Positions 36,935 through 46,178 of a stretch of DNA of 64,000 bases are shown one piece after another. The translations under genes were made by a program, and so were the position numbers. Below the pieces are notes generated by a model. The model worked only from the letters and a program-made list of their open reading frames with translations, did not search any database and had not been told where the DNA came from. Source of the DNA: an uncultured Gammaproteobacteria bacterium (GTDB lineage Bacteria; Patescibacteriota; Microgenomatia; UBA12405; JAHJSD01). Location of the stretch: contig CAYRYE010000001.1 of the NCBI GenBank assembly GCA_964428655.1, forward strand, positions 73,328 to 137,327. Reading direction: 5' to 3'. The stretch's first letter is position 1. Each line of letters begins with the position of its first letter.

Positions 36935-39900
36935 ATGACTAAATACACAGAAACAGACCTAGAATTAGCAACATTAGACTGGCTTGAAGAGCTTGGTTAT
37001 ACCATTGTGGGTGGTCCAGAAATTGCACCACCTCCAGATGGGGAAAGACCAGAGCGCAAAAGCTATTCTGATGTTGTTTTGGAAGACAGGCTCCGTTCTG
37101 CTATTGAGCAATTCAACCCTGGTATTCCAGAAGATGCCAAAGAAGAAGCTTTTAAGAAGGTCTTGCAGGCCACTAATACCACACCCAGCCTTGTACTTAA
37201 CAACAAAATATTTCACTCATATTTGAGGGATGGTGTGGATGTTGAGTATATGCGAGATGATGGTTCTGTTGCTGGAGATAAAGTAAAACTAGTTGACTTC
37301 AAAAATATTGATAAGAATGATTTTCTGGCAGTTAACCAGTACACAGTTATTGAAAACAACGTAAACAGACGCCCTGATGTGGTGGTATTTATAAATGGGT
37401 TGCCTGTAGTTGTTATTGAACTTAAAAACCCAGGTGACGAGAAGGCCACAGTTAAAAGTGCCTTTAACCAGATTCAGACCTACAAGCAAGATATTCCCTC
37501 ACTCTTTGTATATAACGAGCTATCAATTATTAGCGATGGCCTAGAGGCTAAAGTAGGCACCATTAGTGCTGATATTGAGTGGTTTACTCGCTGGAGAACA
37601 GTTGATGGTGAAGAATTGGCCCCCAATGCTGTACCTCAGCTAGAAGTTTTACTAAAAGGTATTTTTGATAAAACAAGACTTTTGGATTTAATAAGCAATT
37701 TTATTGTTTATGAAACCGATGGTGAGAAAACAATTAAAAAGGCCGCCGCCTATCATCAATACTTTGCAACTAATAAAGCTATTGAAAGCACCATTAAAGC
37801 AACCATGGAGGAGGGAGATAGAAGGGCTGGTGTAGTTTGGCATACTCAAGGGTCTGGCAAGAGTTTAACCATGACCTTTTATGCAGGCAAGGTGATACAA
37901 GCTCTAAACAACCCCACTCTGGTAGTTTTGACCGATAGAAATGACTTGGACAATCAGCTTTTCGGTACATTCTCCAGGTGTTCAGATTTACTTAGGCAAG
38001 CACCTAAGCAGGCTAATGATAGAGATGAGTTGCAAGAACTTTTAAGTGTTGCTTCTGGTGGTGTGGTATTTACGACAATACAGAAGTTTTTACCTGAAAA
38101 TGGACATAATACTTACCCACAACTTTCTGACAGAAAAAACATTGTTGTTGTAGCCGATGAAGCTCATAGAAGCCAATATGAATTTATCAAAGGCTTTGCT
38201 CGTCACATGCGTGATGCTCTGCCCAATGCTTCGTTTATTGGTTTTACAGGTACTCCAGTTGAATTGATGGATAGGAATACAAGAGCAGTTTTTGGTGAGT
38301 ATGTTGATGTTTATGATGTAACCAGAGCAGTTGAAGATAAGGCCACGGTGCCTATTTATTACGAAGCTAGACTAGCAAGAATAGAACTGAAAAAAGATGA
38401 GCAACCTAAGATTGACCCTGAATTTGAAGAGTTAACCGAAGGTGAAGAGGTAGAACGTAAGGAAAAACTAAAGAGTAAATGGGCCAGGCTTGAGGCTATG
38501 GTTGGCTCAGAAAAAAGAATTAGTTTGGTGGCCCGTGACTTAGTTGAGCATTTTGAGAATCGATTAACTGCAATTGAAGGAAAAGGAATGATAGTTGCCA
38601 TGAGCAGAAGGATTGCGGTGGACCTGTATAACGAGATTATTAAACTTCGACCTAACTGGCATAGTGACGATGATAAAAAGGGTGTATTGAAGGTAGTTAT
38701 GACTGGTTCAGCCTCTGACCCTTTGATTTTCCAACCACATATTAGACCCAAACACGCCTTAAATGAATTAGCTGGTAGGATGAAAGACCCAGATGATGAG
38801 ATGAAGTTAGTGATTGTTAGAGATATGTGGCTAACTGGTTTTGATGTTCCTTGTCTTCACACTATGTATATAGATAAACCAATGAAAGGTCATGGTTTGA
38901 TGCAGGCTATTGCTCGGGTAAACAGAGTTTACAAAGACAAGCAAGGTGGTTTGATAGTTGACTACATTGGCATAGCTCCCCAACTAAAAGAAGCCCTTTC
39001 TTATTACTCGGCAAGTGACAGGCAAGAAACAGCTATACCGCAAGACAAGGCAGTTTCTCTGATGCTTGAAAAATACGAAGTGGTTAAGGGCATGTATCAC
39101 GGCTTTGACTATCAAAAATACTTAACAGGTACTCCAGCAGAGCGAACCCAGACTATTTCAGGCGCTACAGACTATATATTGGGGCTTAAAGATGGCAAGA
39201 AACGCTACTTAAAGGCAGTTTCTGAGCTATCTAAGGCATTTTCTTTGGCTGTTCCTCATGATGAGGCAATTAAGATTAGAGATGAGGTTTCTTTCTTCCA
39301 GATTGTACGAAGCGGGATTGTAAAAATGGAGCCTGTAGGCGGTGGTCCAACTGATGATGACTATGATGTGGCTATCAAACAAATAGTATCTTCTGCGGTT
39401 GCTTCAGACCATGTGATTGATATTTACTCTGCCGCTGGGATAAAAGCCCCAGATATTTCTATATTTTCAGAAGAGTTTTTAGCTGAAGTTAGGAACATGA
39501 AGCACAAGAATGTGGCTTTGGAATTGTTAAAGAAACTTTTGAATGATGAGCTTAGAACCATGACTAAAAAGAACTTGGTTATGTCTCGGTCCTTTTCTGA
39601 CATGCTGGCTGAGACTATCCGTAAATACCAGAATAGAACCCTTGAAGCGGCTCAAGTGATAGCCGAACTTTTAGAACTTGCTAAAAAGATACGAGATGAA
39701 AAAGATAAGGGTAAGGATTTAGGTTTGAGTGAAGACGAAGTGGCTTTTTATGATGCTTTGGCAAATAACGAAAGCGCAGTAAAAGAGCTGGGAGACAAAA
39801 CGCTCAAAGCTATGGCAATAGAGTTGGTTGATATGCTTCGCAAGAATACCACGATTGACTGGACTATAAAGGAAAGTGTCCAGGCTAAGCTGAGAGTTTA

Positions 39901-40015
39901 CATTAAAAGATTGCTGAAGAAATATAAGTATCCGCCAGACAAGCAAGAGGGAGCTACTAAGATAGTATTAGAACAGGCAGAGTTACTAGCTAAAGATTGG
40001 ACAGGAGAAAAATAA
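36935..40015 (+). CDS. hsdR: type I restriction enzyme R subunit HsdR
   Basis: 1026 aa with SF2 helicase motifs TQGSGKS (Walker A), VADEAHRSQ (DEAH), and a C-terminal HsdR domain. Confidence 0.9.
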   Translation: MTKYTETDLELATLDWLEELGYTIVGGPEIAPPPDGERPERKSYSDVVLEDRLRSAIEQFNPGIPEDAKEEAFKKVLQATNTTPSLVLNNKIFHSYLRDGVDVEYMRDDGSVAGDKVKLVDFKNIDKNDFLAVNQYTVIENNVNRRPDVVVFINGLPVVVIELKNPGDEKATVKSAFNQIQTYKQDIPSLFVYNELSIISDGLEAKVGTISADIEWFTRWRTVDGEELAPNAVPQLEVLLKGIFDKTRLLDLISNFIVYETDGEKTIKKAAAYHQYFATNKAIESTIKATMEEGDRRAGVVWHTQGSGKSLTMTFYAGKVIQALNNPTLVVLTDRNDLDNQLFGTFSRCSDLLRQAPKQANDRDELQELLSVASGGVVFTTIQKFLPENGHNTYPQLSDRKNIVVVADEAHRSQYEFIKGFARHMRDALPNASFIGFTGTPVELMDRNTRAVFGEYVDVYDVTRAVEDKATVPIYYEARLARIELKKDEQPKIDPEFEELTEGEEVERKEKLKSKWARLEAMVGSEKRISLVARDLVEHFENRLTAIEGKGMIVAMSRRIAVDLYNEIIKLRPNWHSDDDKKGVLKVVMTGSASDPLIFQPHIRPKHALNELAGRMKDPDDEMKLVIVRDMWLTGFDVPCLHTMYIDKPMKGHGLMQAIARVNRVYKDKQGGLIVDYIGIAPQLKEALSYYSASDRQETAIPQDKAVSLMLEKYEVVKGMYHGFDYQKYLTGTPAERTQTISGATDYILGLKDGKKRYLKAVSELSKAFSLAVPHDEAIKIRDEVSFFQIVRSGIVKMEPVGGGPTDDDYDVAIKQIVSSAVASDHVIDIYSAAGIKAPDISIFSEEFLAEVRNMKHKNVALELLKKLLNDELRTMTKKNLVMSRSFSDMLAETIRKYQNRTLEAAQVIAELLELAKKIRDEKDKGKDLGLSEDEVAFYDALANNESAVKELGDKTLKAMAIELVDMLRKNTTIDWTIKESVQAKLRVYIKRLLKKYKYPPDKQEGATKIVLEQAELLAKDWTGEK

Positions 40016-40393
40016 ATGACTCAACTACAAATATATCCCATCAAATGTGAATGCGGTAACTTGATAGATGTTAACCTCTATCAAAGTGTAAATGTCACGG
40101 TAGACCCATCGCTTCTTGGAAAAGTAAAGAAAAGAAAAATAAACAACTATAAGTGTGATAAGTGTGGTGCAGAAAGTGAGCTTGCATATCAATTTTTATT
40201 TGTTGATATGAAAAAAGGAATCTGGGTATGGTGTTATCCAGAAGCGGAAAGAAAAAACAAAGACAAAATTGAGGAAGAACTTCTAAAAACGCAAGCTTTG
40301 GAAAATATGTTACAGAAACTCGGACAGCCCAAGCCCACAATAGTATTTGGCTACGATGAGCTTTTAGATAAATTAGATTCAAACAAAAAATAA
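40016..40393 (+). CDS. zinc-ribbon small protein (two CxxC-type pairs)
   Basis: CECGN...CDKCG. Its start abuts the hsdR stop. Confidence 0.45.
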   Translation: MTQLQIYPIKCECGNLIDVNLYQSVNVTVDPSLLGKVKKRKINNYKCDKCGAESELAYQFLFVDMKKGIWVWCYPEAERKNKDKIEEELLKTQALENMLQKLGQPKPTIVFGYDELLDKLDSNKK

Positions 40394-41151
40394 TGTCTCA
40401 ATACTACAACGCCAAACGTTCAATAAAATATTGCTACCAGCCAGGGTCTAAACAACCTTTTAAGTTTAGTCGTTCAAAGATTGACCTATTTTTACAATGT
40501 CCAAGGTGTTTTTATATGGATAGGCGCCTGGGTGTTGCTAGACCTCCTGGATTCCCTTTTGCCTTGAATAGTGCCGTAGATAAGCTTCTAAAGCTCGAGT
40601 TTGACGCTCACAGGGTCAATGGCACCCAACATCCTCTACTTGAGAAATATGACGTGGATGCTAAACCAGTAGCTCACGAAAAACTAGATGACTGGAGACA
40701 AAACTTTGTAGGGGTTCAGTATTTGCACAAACCCACTAACTTATTAGTCTTTGGAGCAATTGATGACTTATGGATTAACTCTAAGGATGAATATATTGTG
40801 GTTGATTATAAATCTACAAGTAAAGGTGAAGCGATAACTGAACTAGATAAGGATTGGCACGAAGGCTATAAACGCCAGATGGAGATTTACCAGTGGTTGT
40901 TAAGGCAGAATGAGTACAAAGTTTCCGATACTGGTTACTTTGTTTACTGTAATGGCATTACTGACAAGAAAGCCTTTGATGCCAAGCTTGAATTTAATGT
41001 GACCTTAATCGCTTATGAGGGAAATGATAACTGGGTTGAGAAAGCTATTAAGGGCGCACACAAATGCTTAAACGGTGACTCAATCCCTGAAGCTGGTGAA
41101 GATTGTGACTATTGTGCTTATAGGGAAGCGGTAAAGGAGATTGAGTCTTAA
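40393..41151 (+). CDS. PD-(D/E)XK nuclease, Cas4/RecB-like with Fe-S cysteines (second paralog in window)
   Basis: N-terminal LQCPRCFY, nuclease core GAIDDL...EYIVVDYKS, QxxxY-like RQMEIYQ, and C-terminal HKC...EDCDYC. Confidence 0.65.
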   Translation: MSQYYNAKRSIKYCYQPGSKQPFKFSRSKIDLFLQCPRCFYMDRRLGVARPPGFPFALNSAVDKLLKLEFDAHRVNGTQHPLLEKYDVDAKPVAHEKLDDWRQNFVGVQYLHKPTNLLVFGAIDDLWINSKDEYIVVDYKSTSKGEAITELDKDWHEGYKRQMEIYQWLLRQNEYKVSDTGYFVYCNGITDKKAFDAKLEFNVTLIAYEGNDNWVEKAIKGAHKCLNGDSIPEAGEDCDYCAYREAVKEIES

Positions 41152-41230
41152 ATACGGATGCTTGGTTAACTGTTTAGATGCGAACACTTTTTATAAAAAT
41201 CTTTAACTTAAGCAAAAGATGGTAAAAGGT

Positions 41231-41947
41231 TTATATTTCCAACAAAAACTTGATTAAAAACTGCAAATAATAAACTCCCGTCAAGATAAAAATCGAAGCT
41301 ATTACTTTTCTACCTACCTTTTCAATTTTTTGCACAACAGAGAAAGCTTGACCAACCCTTTTCATACTAAAGGCTATTAGAAAAGAGAAAACAATTACTG
41401 GCAGACCAGTGCCTAGACCAAATAAAGGTGGCAATAAAAGGGCTTCGTTGGATTTCAAAACTAAAGGGATAAGGACTCCAAAAAACAAAACTCCGCTATA
41501 AGGACAAAAAGCCAAAGCAAAAAGACAACCTAAAAGAAAAGAGCCGAGATAGCCTTTAGTAGCGAGTTTTTCTTTGAGACGCTCCACTTTGTCATTTTTA
41601 GTTTTGATGTTTAACTTGATAGCATCAAACATGACTAAGCCAATTATTATCAGTATTGGCCCCAATATTTTTTCTCCCCAGCCTTGAAAAATACGTGAGA
41701 CTTCAAAAGAAGAGAAGCCAAGGTAAATTAGAGAGGCCAAAACCGTGTAGCTAAGGCCACGGCCAATGGTATAACAAAGGCCATTTAGAAGTGTATTCTT
41801 AGGGTTTTTAATCTCTTTGGAAATATAAGCAATAGCAGTAATGTTGGTAGCCAATGGGCAAGGACTGATAGAGGTAAGAATTCCAGTTAGAAAAGCGGTT
41901 AAGAGCGGAATGTTGTATTGGTCAATAAGCAGATTAATATAATCCAT
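41231..41947 (-). CDS. CcdA/DsbD-family transmembrane thiol-disulfide electron transfer protein
   Basis: 6 TM segments with Cys in TM1 (SISPCPLATN) and a second conserved Cys (LAFCPYSG). Confidence 0.6.
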   Translation of the reverse strand: MDYINLLIDQYNIPLLTAFLTGILTSISPCPLATNITAIAYISKEIKNPKNTLLNGLCYTIGRGLSYTVLASLIYLGFSSFEVSRIFQGWGEKILGPILIIIGLVMFDAIKLNIKTKNDKVERLKEKLATKGYLGSFLLGCLFALAFCPYSGVLFFGVLIPLVLKSNEALLLPPLFGLGTGLPVIVFSFLIAFSMKRVGQAFSVVQKIEKVGRKVIASIFILTGVYYLQFLIKFLLEI

Positions 41948-41950
41948 GGT

Positions 41951-42466
41951 TTACTTTCCCAATAAGGTATCAAGTTTGTCTTCGAAATAATCAGTAAATT
42001 TTTCTTGATTATTAACCAGTCGCCAAACTGTTGTATCCTCTTCGATATTGTATTTGTCATCGCTAATAGCATTAATAAACAAAGACGAGCCCCTAGCCTG
42101 ATACTTAACAACAATCTCTTTGTTTTCTGGTAATTCAATATTAATATCCTTGAAGACTACTTTTCCTGATTGATATTCTTCTGGAAACTTATCTTTGATG
42201 GTTTGTAAGGCGTATTTACCAACAGTGATACAAGAAAAGCACTGGTGAGTAGCATGGAAATGAACCACTTCGATTTTATCCGCTGGTATTGTCTCTTGAC
42301 TTGCTAATGAGGAATTATTTTCTTTTTGCGGTTCAATTGAAGTTGGTTGAGTTGAACCTAGAATAGAGGAGCTTTTAATCTCTTTATTAGAAAAGCCTTT
42401 TAAGCCAAAAAACAGGGCGATTATTATTAAGATTACACTGATAAAGAAAATTATTTTTTTATTCAT
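41951..42466 (-). CDS. secreted CxxC protein (thioredoxin-like?)
   Basis: Signal/TM, then a HFHATHQCFSC motif. Confidence 0.4.
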   Translation of the reverse strand: MNKKIIFFISVILIIIALFFGLKGFSNKEIKSSSILGSTQPTSIEPQKENNSSLASQETIPADKIEVVHFHATHQCFSCITVGKYALQTIKDKFPEEYQSGKVVFKDINIELPENKEIVVKYQARGSSLFINAISDDKYNIEEDTTVWRLVNNQEKFTDYFEDKLDTLLGK

Positions 42467-42475
42467 TTTTTTGTT

Positions 42476-43633
42476 TTAGCCAGTTAGACCATAGATAAAA
42501 CCAGCTAAAGTGGTTAAGACAACAATTGAACCTGCATAAACCAGCATTTTTTTAGTACCGATTAGCTTTCTGATAACCAAAAGCCCTTGTAGTGACAAAA
42601 CGGGGTCGGCTAGCATGTAAGCCATTAAAGGGCCTTTACTCATACCTAGCTTCATAAAGTTTTCAGCTATTGGTACTTCTACTAAAGCTGGAAAGTAGGC
42701 CAAGGCTCCAAACATAACAGCAATAAAGTTGGTAAGTAAATTGTTTTGACTGGCTATAGCCTGGAATTGTTCTTTGGGAATAAGATGGGTAATAGTAGCC
42801 GCAAAAAACACACCCACTAAAAGTAAGGGTACAATCTGACTGACAAATTTAATTGTTTCATTCCACCAATCACCTCTTTTTTCTTTAGATAGCCAGGAAA
42901 AAGTCATTATCAACTGCAACAATACTAGGGGAAGAATTAAGATATATCTTAAATTACTGCCGATAGGGGCTGTGCCAACTACCAGAATTGCCAGCATTAT
43001 TCCCCAGAACCAGACATTTTTGGGACCTTTAAGGCTACTAGCGTCTTGATTTACCACCTGAAGGTTTCCGTCTTCTTTGCCATTTCCAAAAACAAGTTCC
43101 ATTATCAAGCCAACCGAAATAGCAAATATAACTGAGAGGATAAATCTGACAATACTAAATTCCCAGCCGATTCTCTGGCCAGTAAAAAGGATAGTGACAA
43201 TATTAAAGGCAGGGCCAGCGTAAAGAAGAGTAATAGCAATTCCCAAGCCAGCGCCTTTTTTCCAGATACCAGCAAATAAAGGCAAAATCGTGCAGGAGCA
43301 AACTTCAATTAAAAAACCTGTGGTGACAGCGATTAAATAGGCCAGCCATTTTTTGGTTTTACCGCTTAGATATTTTAGGATTGACTGTGAATCAATGAGG
43401 CTATTGATAGCTCCAGCAATAAAAAAGGCAGGAACTAAACAAAAAAGAACATGAGCAGAGAGATAGTCAACTAAGCCTAGCCAGCCTTGATAAACCGCAC
43501 CACCGATTAGGTTTTGAACTGATTCTTGAGCTAAAAAACCGCCTATTTGTTTCTGCCATAAATAGATGATTAAATAGGCACCTCCCAAAAGGCCCAAGAC
43601 CCAGTTTTTCTTAATGATTTTCATAAGATTCAT
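42476..43633 (-). CDS. DUF318/ArsP-like permease
   Basis: Many TM segments plus the family-typical CxC motif (EVCSCTILP). Usually paired with a small thioredoxin. Confidence 0.65.
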   Translation of the reverse strand: MNLMKIIKKNWVLGLLGGAYLIIYLWQKQIGGFLAQESVQNLIGGAVYQGWLGLVDYLSAHVLFCLVPAFFIAGAINSLIDSQSILKYLSGKTKKWLAYLIAVTTGFLIEVCSCTILPLFAGIWKKGAGLGIAITLLYAGPAFNIVTILFTGQRIGWEFSIVRFILSVIFAISVGLIMELVFGNGKEDGNLQVVNQDASSLKGPKNVWFWGIMLAILVVGTAPIGSNLRYILILPLVLLQLIMTFSWLSKEKRGDWWNETIKFVSQIVPLLLVGVFFAATITHLIPKEQFQAIASQNNLLTNFIAVMFGALAYFPALVEVPIAENFMKLGMSKGPLMAYMLADPVLSLQGLLVIRKLIGTKKMLVYAGSIVVLTTLAGFIYGLTG

Positions 43634-43636
43634 AGT

Positions 43637-43888
43637 TTATTTTTTCTCTTTCTGAATAAGTTTTTTAATTTTCTCTACATCGTCTACAGAACCTGCTATT
43701 GCTGGCTTACCATTTATTGCCAGCACAGGACTGGACATTACTCCCATATCTATCATTTTTTGAACACCTTCTTGACCTGTTAGATATTCAACTTCCTCTT
43801 TTAAGCCAGTTTCTTCAACAGCTTGTTTAGTTAGTTCGTATAGTTTTTTACAGGTTGGACAACCTGAGCCTAAGACTTGAATTTTCAT
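43637..43888 (-). CDS. thioredoxin-family 'redox-active disulfide protein 2'
   Basis: 83 aa with an N-terminal CPTC active site, about 80 aa long. The canonical partner of DUF318 permeases. Confidence 0.7.
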   Translation of the reverse strand: MKIQVLGSGCPTCKKLYELTKQAVEETGLKEEVEYLTGQEGVQKMIDMGVMSSPVLAINGKPAIAGSVDDVEKIKKLIQKEKK

Positions 43889-44226
43889 TTTTTAACACCC
43901 CCTGCTTTAAGAAAGATTTGTAATTTATTAAGACCATCTTTAGTGAGGGAGTAAAAAACCTGACGAGCATCTTTGCCTTGACGTTTCTTAATCCAGCCAG
44001 TTTCAACTAAATCTGATAAATGGTGGGAGATAAGGCTTTGTTCTTTTTCCAGGCAGTTTTGAATTTCGCAAACACAATGTTCTCTGTTTAAGAGAATAAG
44101 AAGAATTTTTAGTTTAGTCTTTGTAGATAAAGTTTTGGCTACCGTTAACAAAGACTCTGTTGTTTTAGGGTCTAGTAAACCACAATTACATGAACAGTTA
44201 TTCATATAATCTATTATATTACTCAA
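43885..44226 (-). CDS. ArsR/SmtB-family metalloregulator
   Basis: HTH with the metal-site motif EHCVCEI (ELCVCDL-like). Confidence 0.75.
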   Translation of the reverse strand: MSNIIDYMNNCSCNCGLLDPKTTESLLTVAKTLSTKTKLKILLILLNREHCVCEIQNCLEKEQSLISHHLSDLVETGWIKKRQGKDARQVFYSLTKDGLNKLQIFLKAGGVKK

Positions 44227-44295
44227 GCTGGATTAGTCAACACACGTTGGTTTTAACAGAGGGAAGTACTGTAGTTTGAGTGTTGTTATTTTGAA

Positions 44296-44448
44296 TTAAA
44301 GTCTTACAAACTCTCCATTACTTACTTTCACCACTGCATACTTTGGTTTAGACACTAAGACCCTGTTAAGAACCTCTAACTGGTTTTTCACTCTTGCCAA
44401 AGACTCACCAGAGAAGATGTCATAGAGAACAAATGGGGAACCTGGGAG
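44296..44448 (-). repeat. copy 1 of a 150-bp duplicated gene-3' module (encodes ...PGSPFVLYDIFSGESLARVKNQLEVLNRVLVSKPKYAVVKVSNGEFVRL)
   Basis: About 80% nt identity to 46026-46178. The tracked ORF 44296..44622 extends it upstream with unrelated sequence antisense to the HIT gene. Confidence 0.6.
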
Positions 44449-44526
44449 CTCTGTATTTTTCCTCAAGTAGTGTGGATGACCCGAATGGGATGCTCGAACC
44501 TTTGGTTGGTGTAGAATTGAGGAAAT

Positions 44527-44961
44527 ATGGTGAAAAGAATTTGGGATAAAGAAAACAAATATCTTGGTGGGTTGGTGAAAGAGTTTGATCATTGGGTGTG
44601 GGAGGTGAGTTATCGTCAGCACACTTTGGGATGCTTTATTTTATTTGCTAAGCGATCAGTTGAGAGGATCAGTGAGTTAAGACCCAAAGAGTTAATTTCT
44701 TTGGGGGGTGTGATGAGAGAAGTAGAGGATGCGCTAAGTAAGATTAAGGTGTTTAGACCCGATAGGTTTAATTACTGGCAGATGGGAAATGGTCTTCCTC
44801 ACCTACATTTTCATGGATTCCCTAGATATGAGAAGCCGAGATACTTTGATGGCAAAAAATGGATAGATAAAACTTGGGGAACTGTGCCTATGTGGTTGAG
44901 AAAAGATGTTAGTCGCTCTTTAGTTGAGAAGATTAAAGAAGAGATTGTGTTTCATTTGTAG
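44527..44961 (+). CDS. HIT-family (histidine triad) protein
   Basis: HLHFHGFPR histidine triad, 144 aa. Confidence 0.65.
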   Translation: MVKRIWDKENKYLGGLVKEFDHWVWEVSYRQHTLGCFILFAKRSVERISELRPKELISLGGVMREVEDALSKIKVFRPDRFNYWQMGNGLPHLHFHGFPRYEKPRYFDGKKWIDKTWGTVPMWLRKDVSRSLVEKIKEEIVFHL

Positions 44962-45054
44962 ATGTGACCGCTGATTTTAAGCAAAGCAGGTTCTTACTTC
45001 CTCTATTGCGGGGAGCAGTAATGACATTTTGGGTAGTCTTTTAACGCCTCAATC

Positions 45055-46020
45055 TTAATAAAAATAATACCCATCCTCTTTTTTTATAACCGCATAAGTA
45101 TTACAGTAAGTTCTATTTCCCAGCCAAGGACCTGTCGGCTGGTCTTGGGTTCGTTCCCAATTTATTCCATCAGTTGAAATAGCTTTTACAGGGTACCTTA
45201 AATTAGAACCTGGCTTATTATCGGCAGGAACATGGCCTCCGTATGCGGAGTAATAATCTCCTTCATCAACTATCGCAAACTGGAAACTAAAAGGTGTTTG
45301 TATTCTAAATCTTTTAGTGAAGTATCTTCCGTCTGCTGATTCCAAAACATCAGCCTCATCAAGATTTTCCGTGCGGGTATAAATATAATACCTTTTGGAA
45401 TTTTTTTCATAAAGAACAGTAAAATCCACAGCTTCCAAATCAATCCCTTGTGCCCCAGTAATTTTTCCTTCAAAAAAATAGGTGTGACCATCTTGTGAAT
45501 ATGCGCTTAATAAGAAAGCGGTACCGTGACAACCATCTTTTCCATCAGTAAAATACATCCTGTAACCACCTTCCGGAAGCTCAACAAGGGTTGGGTCTCC
45601 ACACGCTATTATGTCTTGGTCAAGGTTGTTTATTTCGGGTTTGAACTTTGAGAAGTTCCAACCGTCACGACTTTGCAAGAAGCCAACACCTTTTATACCA
45701 TGGCCAGTTTGTTTGTCTTCAATCCCATTGCGGTCGGAAAAATCAAGTCCAGCCAAAATAATTGTGCCGTCTCTTAAGAGAATCCCGCTTGAGCCACCCC
45801 AAAGGCATCCCACAGCGCCTCGTTTTTCAAAATTAATTCCATTGGAACTATAGCAAGCTCCTATTACTTTAAAATTCCCCGGTAAATATCTTAAAAATAT
45901 CCTGAATATAGAATGATGAGAATTACTAGTTAAAAAAATTTCAACTATAACAAAACAAAAAACAATTACTAAAAAAATAATTATGCTGTATAGATTTTTT
46001 ATTTTTTTAGACATTGGCAA
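45055..46020 (-). CDS. secreted beta-propeller protein, glycoside-hydrolase-like (GH43/GH32-like fold?)
   Basis: N-terminal TM/signal. Repeated Gly/Asp-rich blade-like segments (GDPTLVELPEGGYRMYFTDG, ISTDGINW). Confidence 0.35.
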   Translation of the reverse strand: MPMSKKIKNLYSIIIFLVIVFCFVIVEIFLTSNSHHSIFRIFLRYLPGNFKVIGACYSSNGINFEKRGAVGCLWGGSSGILLRDGTIILAGLDFSDRNGIEDKQTGHGIKGVGFLQSRDGWNFSKFKPEINNLDQDIIACGDPTLVELPEGGYRMYFTDGKDGCHGTAFLLSAYSQDGHTYFFEGKITGAQGIDLEAVDFTVLYEKNSKRYYIYTRTENLDEADVLESADGRYFTKRFRIQTPFSFQFAIVDEGDYYSAYGGHVPADNKPGSNLRYPVKAISTDGINWERTQDQPTGPWLGNRTYCNTYAVIKKEDGYYFY

Positions 46021-46025
46021 ATCAA

Positions 46026-46178
46026 TTATAGTCGAACAAGCTCTCCATTGCTAACTTTTACCACCGCATACTTTGGTTTTGCAATTAAGACTCTATTAAG
46101 AACTTCTAACTGATTCTTTACCCTCGCTAAAGACTCTCCAGAGAAGATGTCATAGAAGACAAATGGGGAACCTGGAAA
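46026..46178 (-). pseudogene. copy 2 of the duplicated 3' module, in frame with the upstream membrane-protein ORF and separated from it by a single TAG
   Basis: Translation FPGSPFVFYDIFSGESLARVKNQLEVLNRVLIAKPKYAVVKVSNGELVRL*. Frame continuity checked codon by codon across the TAG at 46179-46181. Confidence 0.5.

Larger units (their letters stand above)
27098..41151. mobile_element. tRNA-Asn-associated integrated element / defence island (right boundary uncertain, may extend to about 44.2 kb)
   Basis: The serine recombinase 3' end overlaps the tRNA-Asn 3' end. It is followed by a Mini-A topo VI-A-like gene, excisionase-like HTH genes and a type I R-M operon with nested accessory nucleases. 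No attR duplicate of the tRNA 3' end was found by eye. Confidence 0.55.

Noticed and set aside
44449-44622. N-terminal 58 codons of tracked ORF 44296..44622
   Set aside because: They are antisense to the start of the HIT gene and unrelated to copy 2 of the module. This is probably fortuitous read-through upstream of the duplicated 50-codon segment, not real coding sequence.
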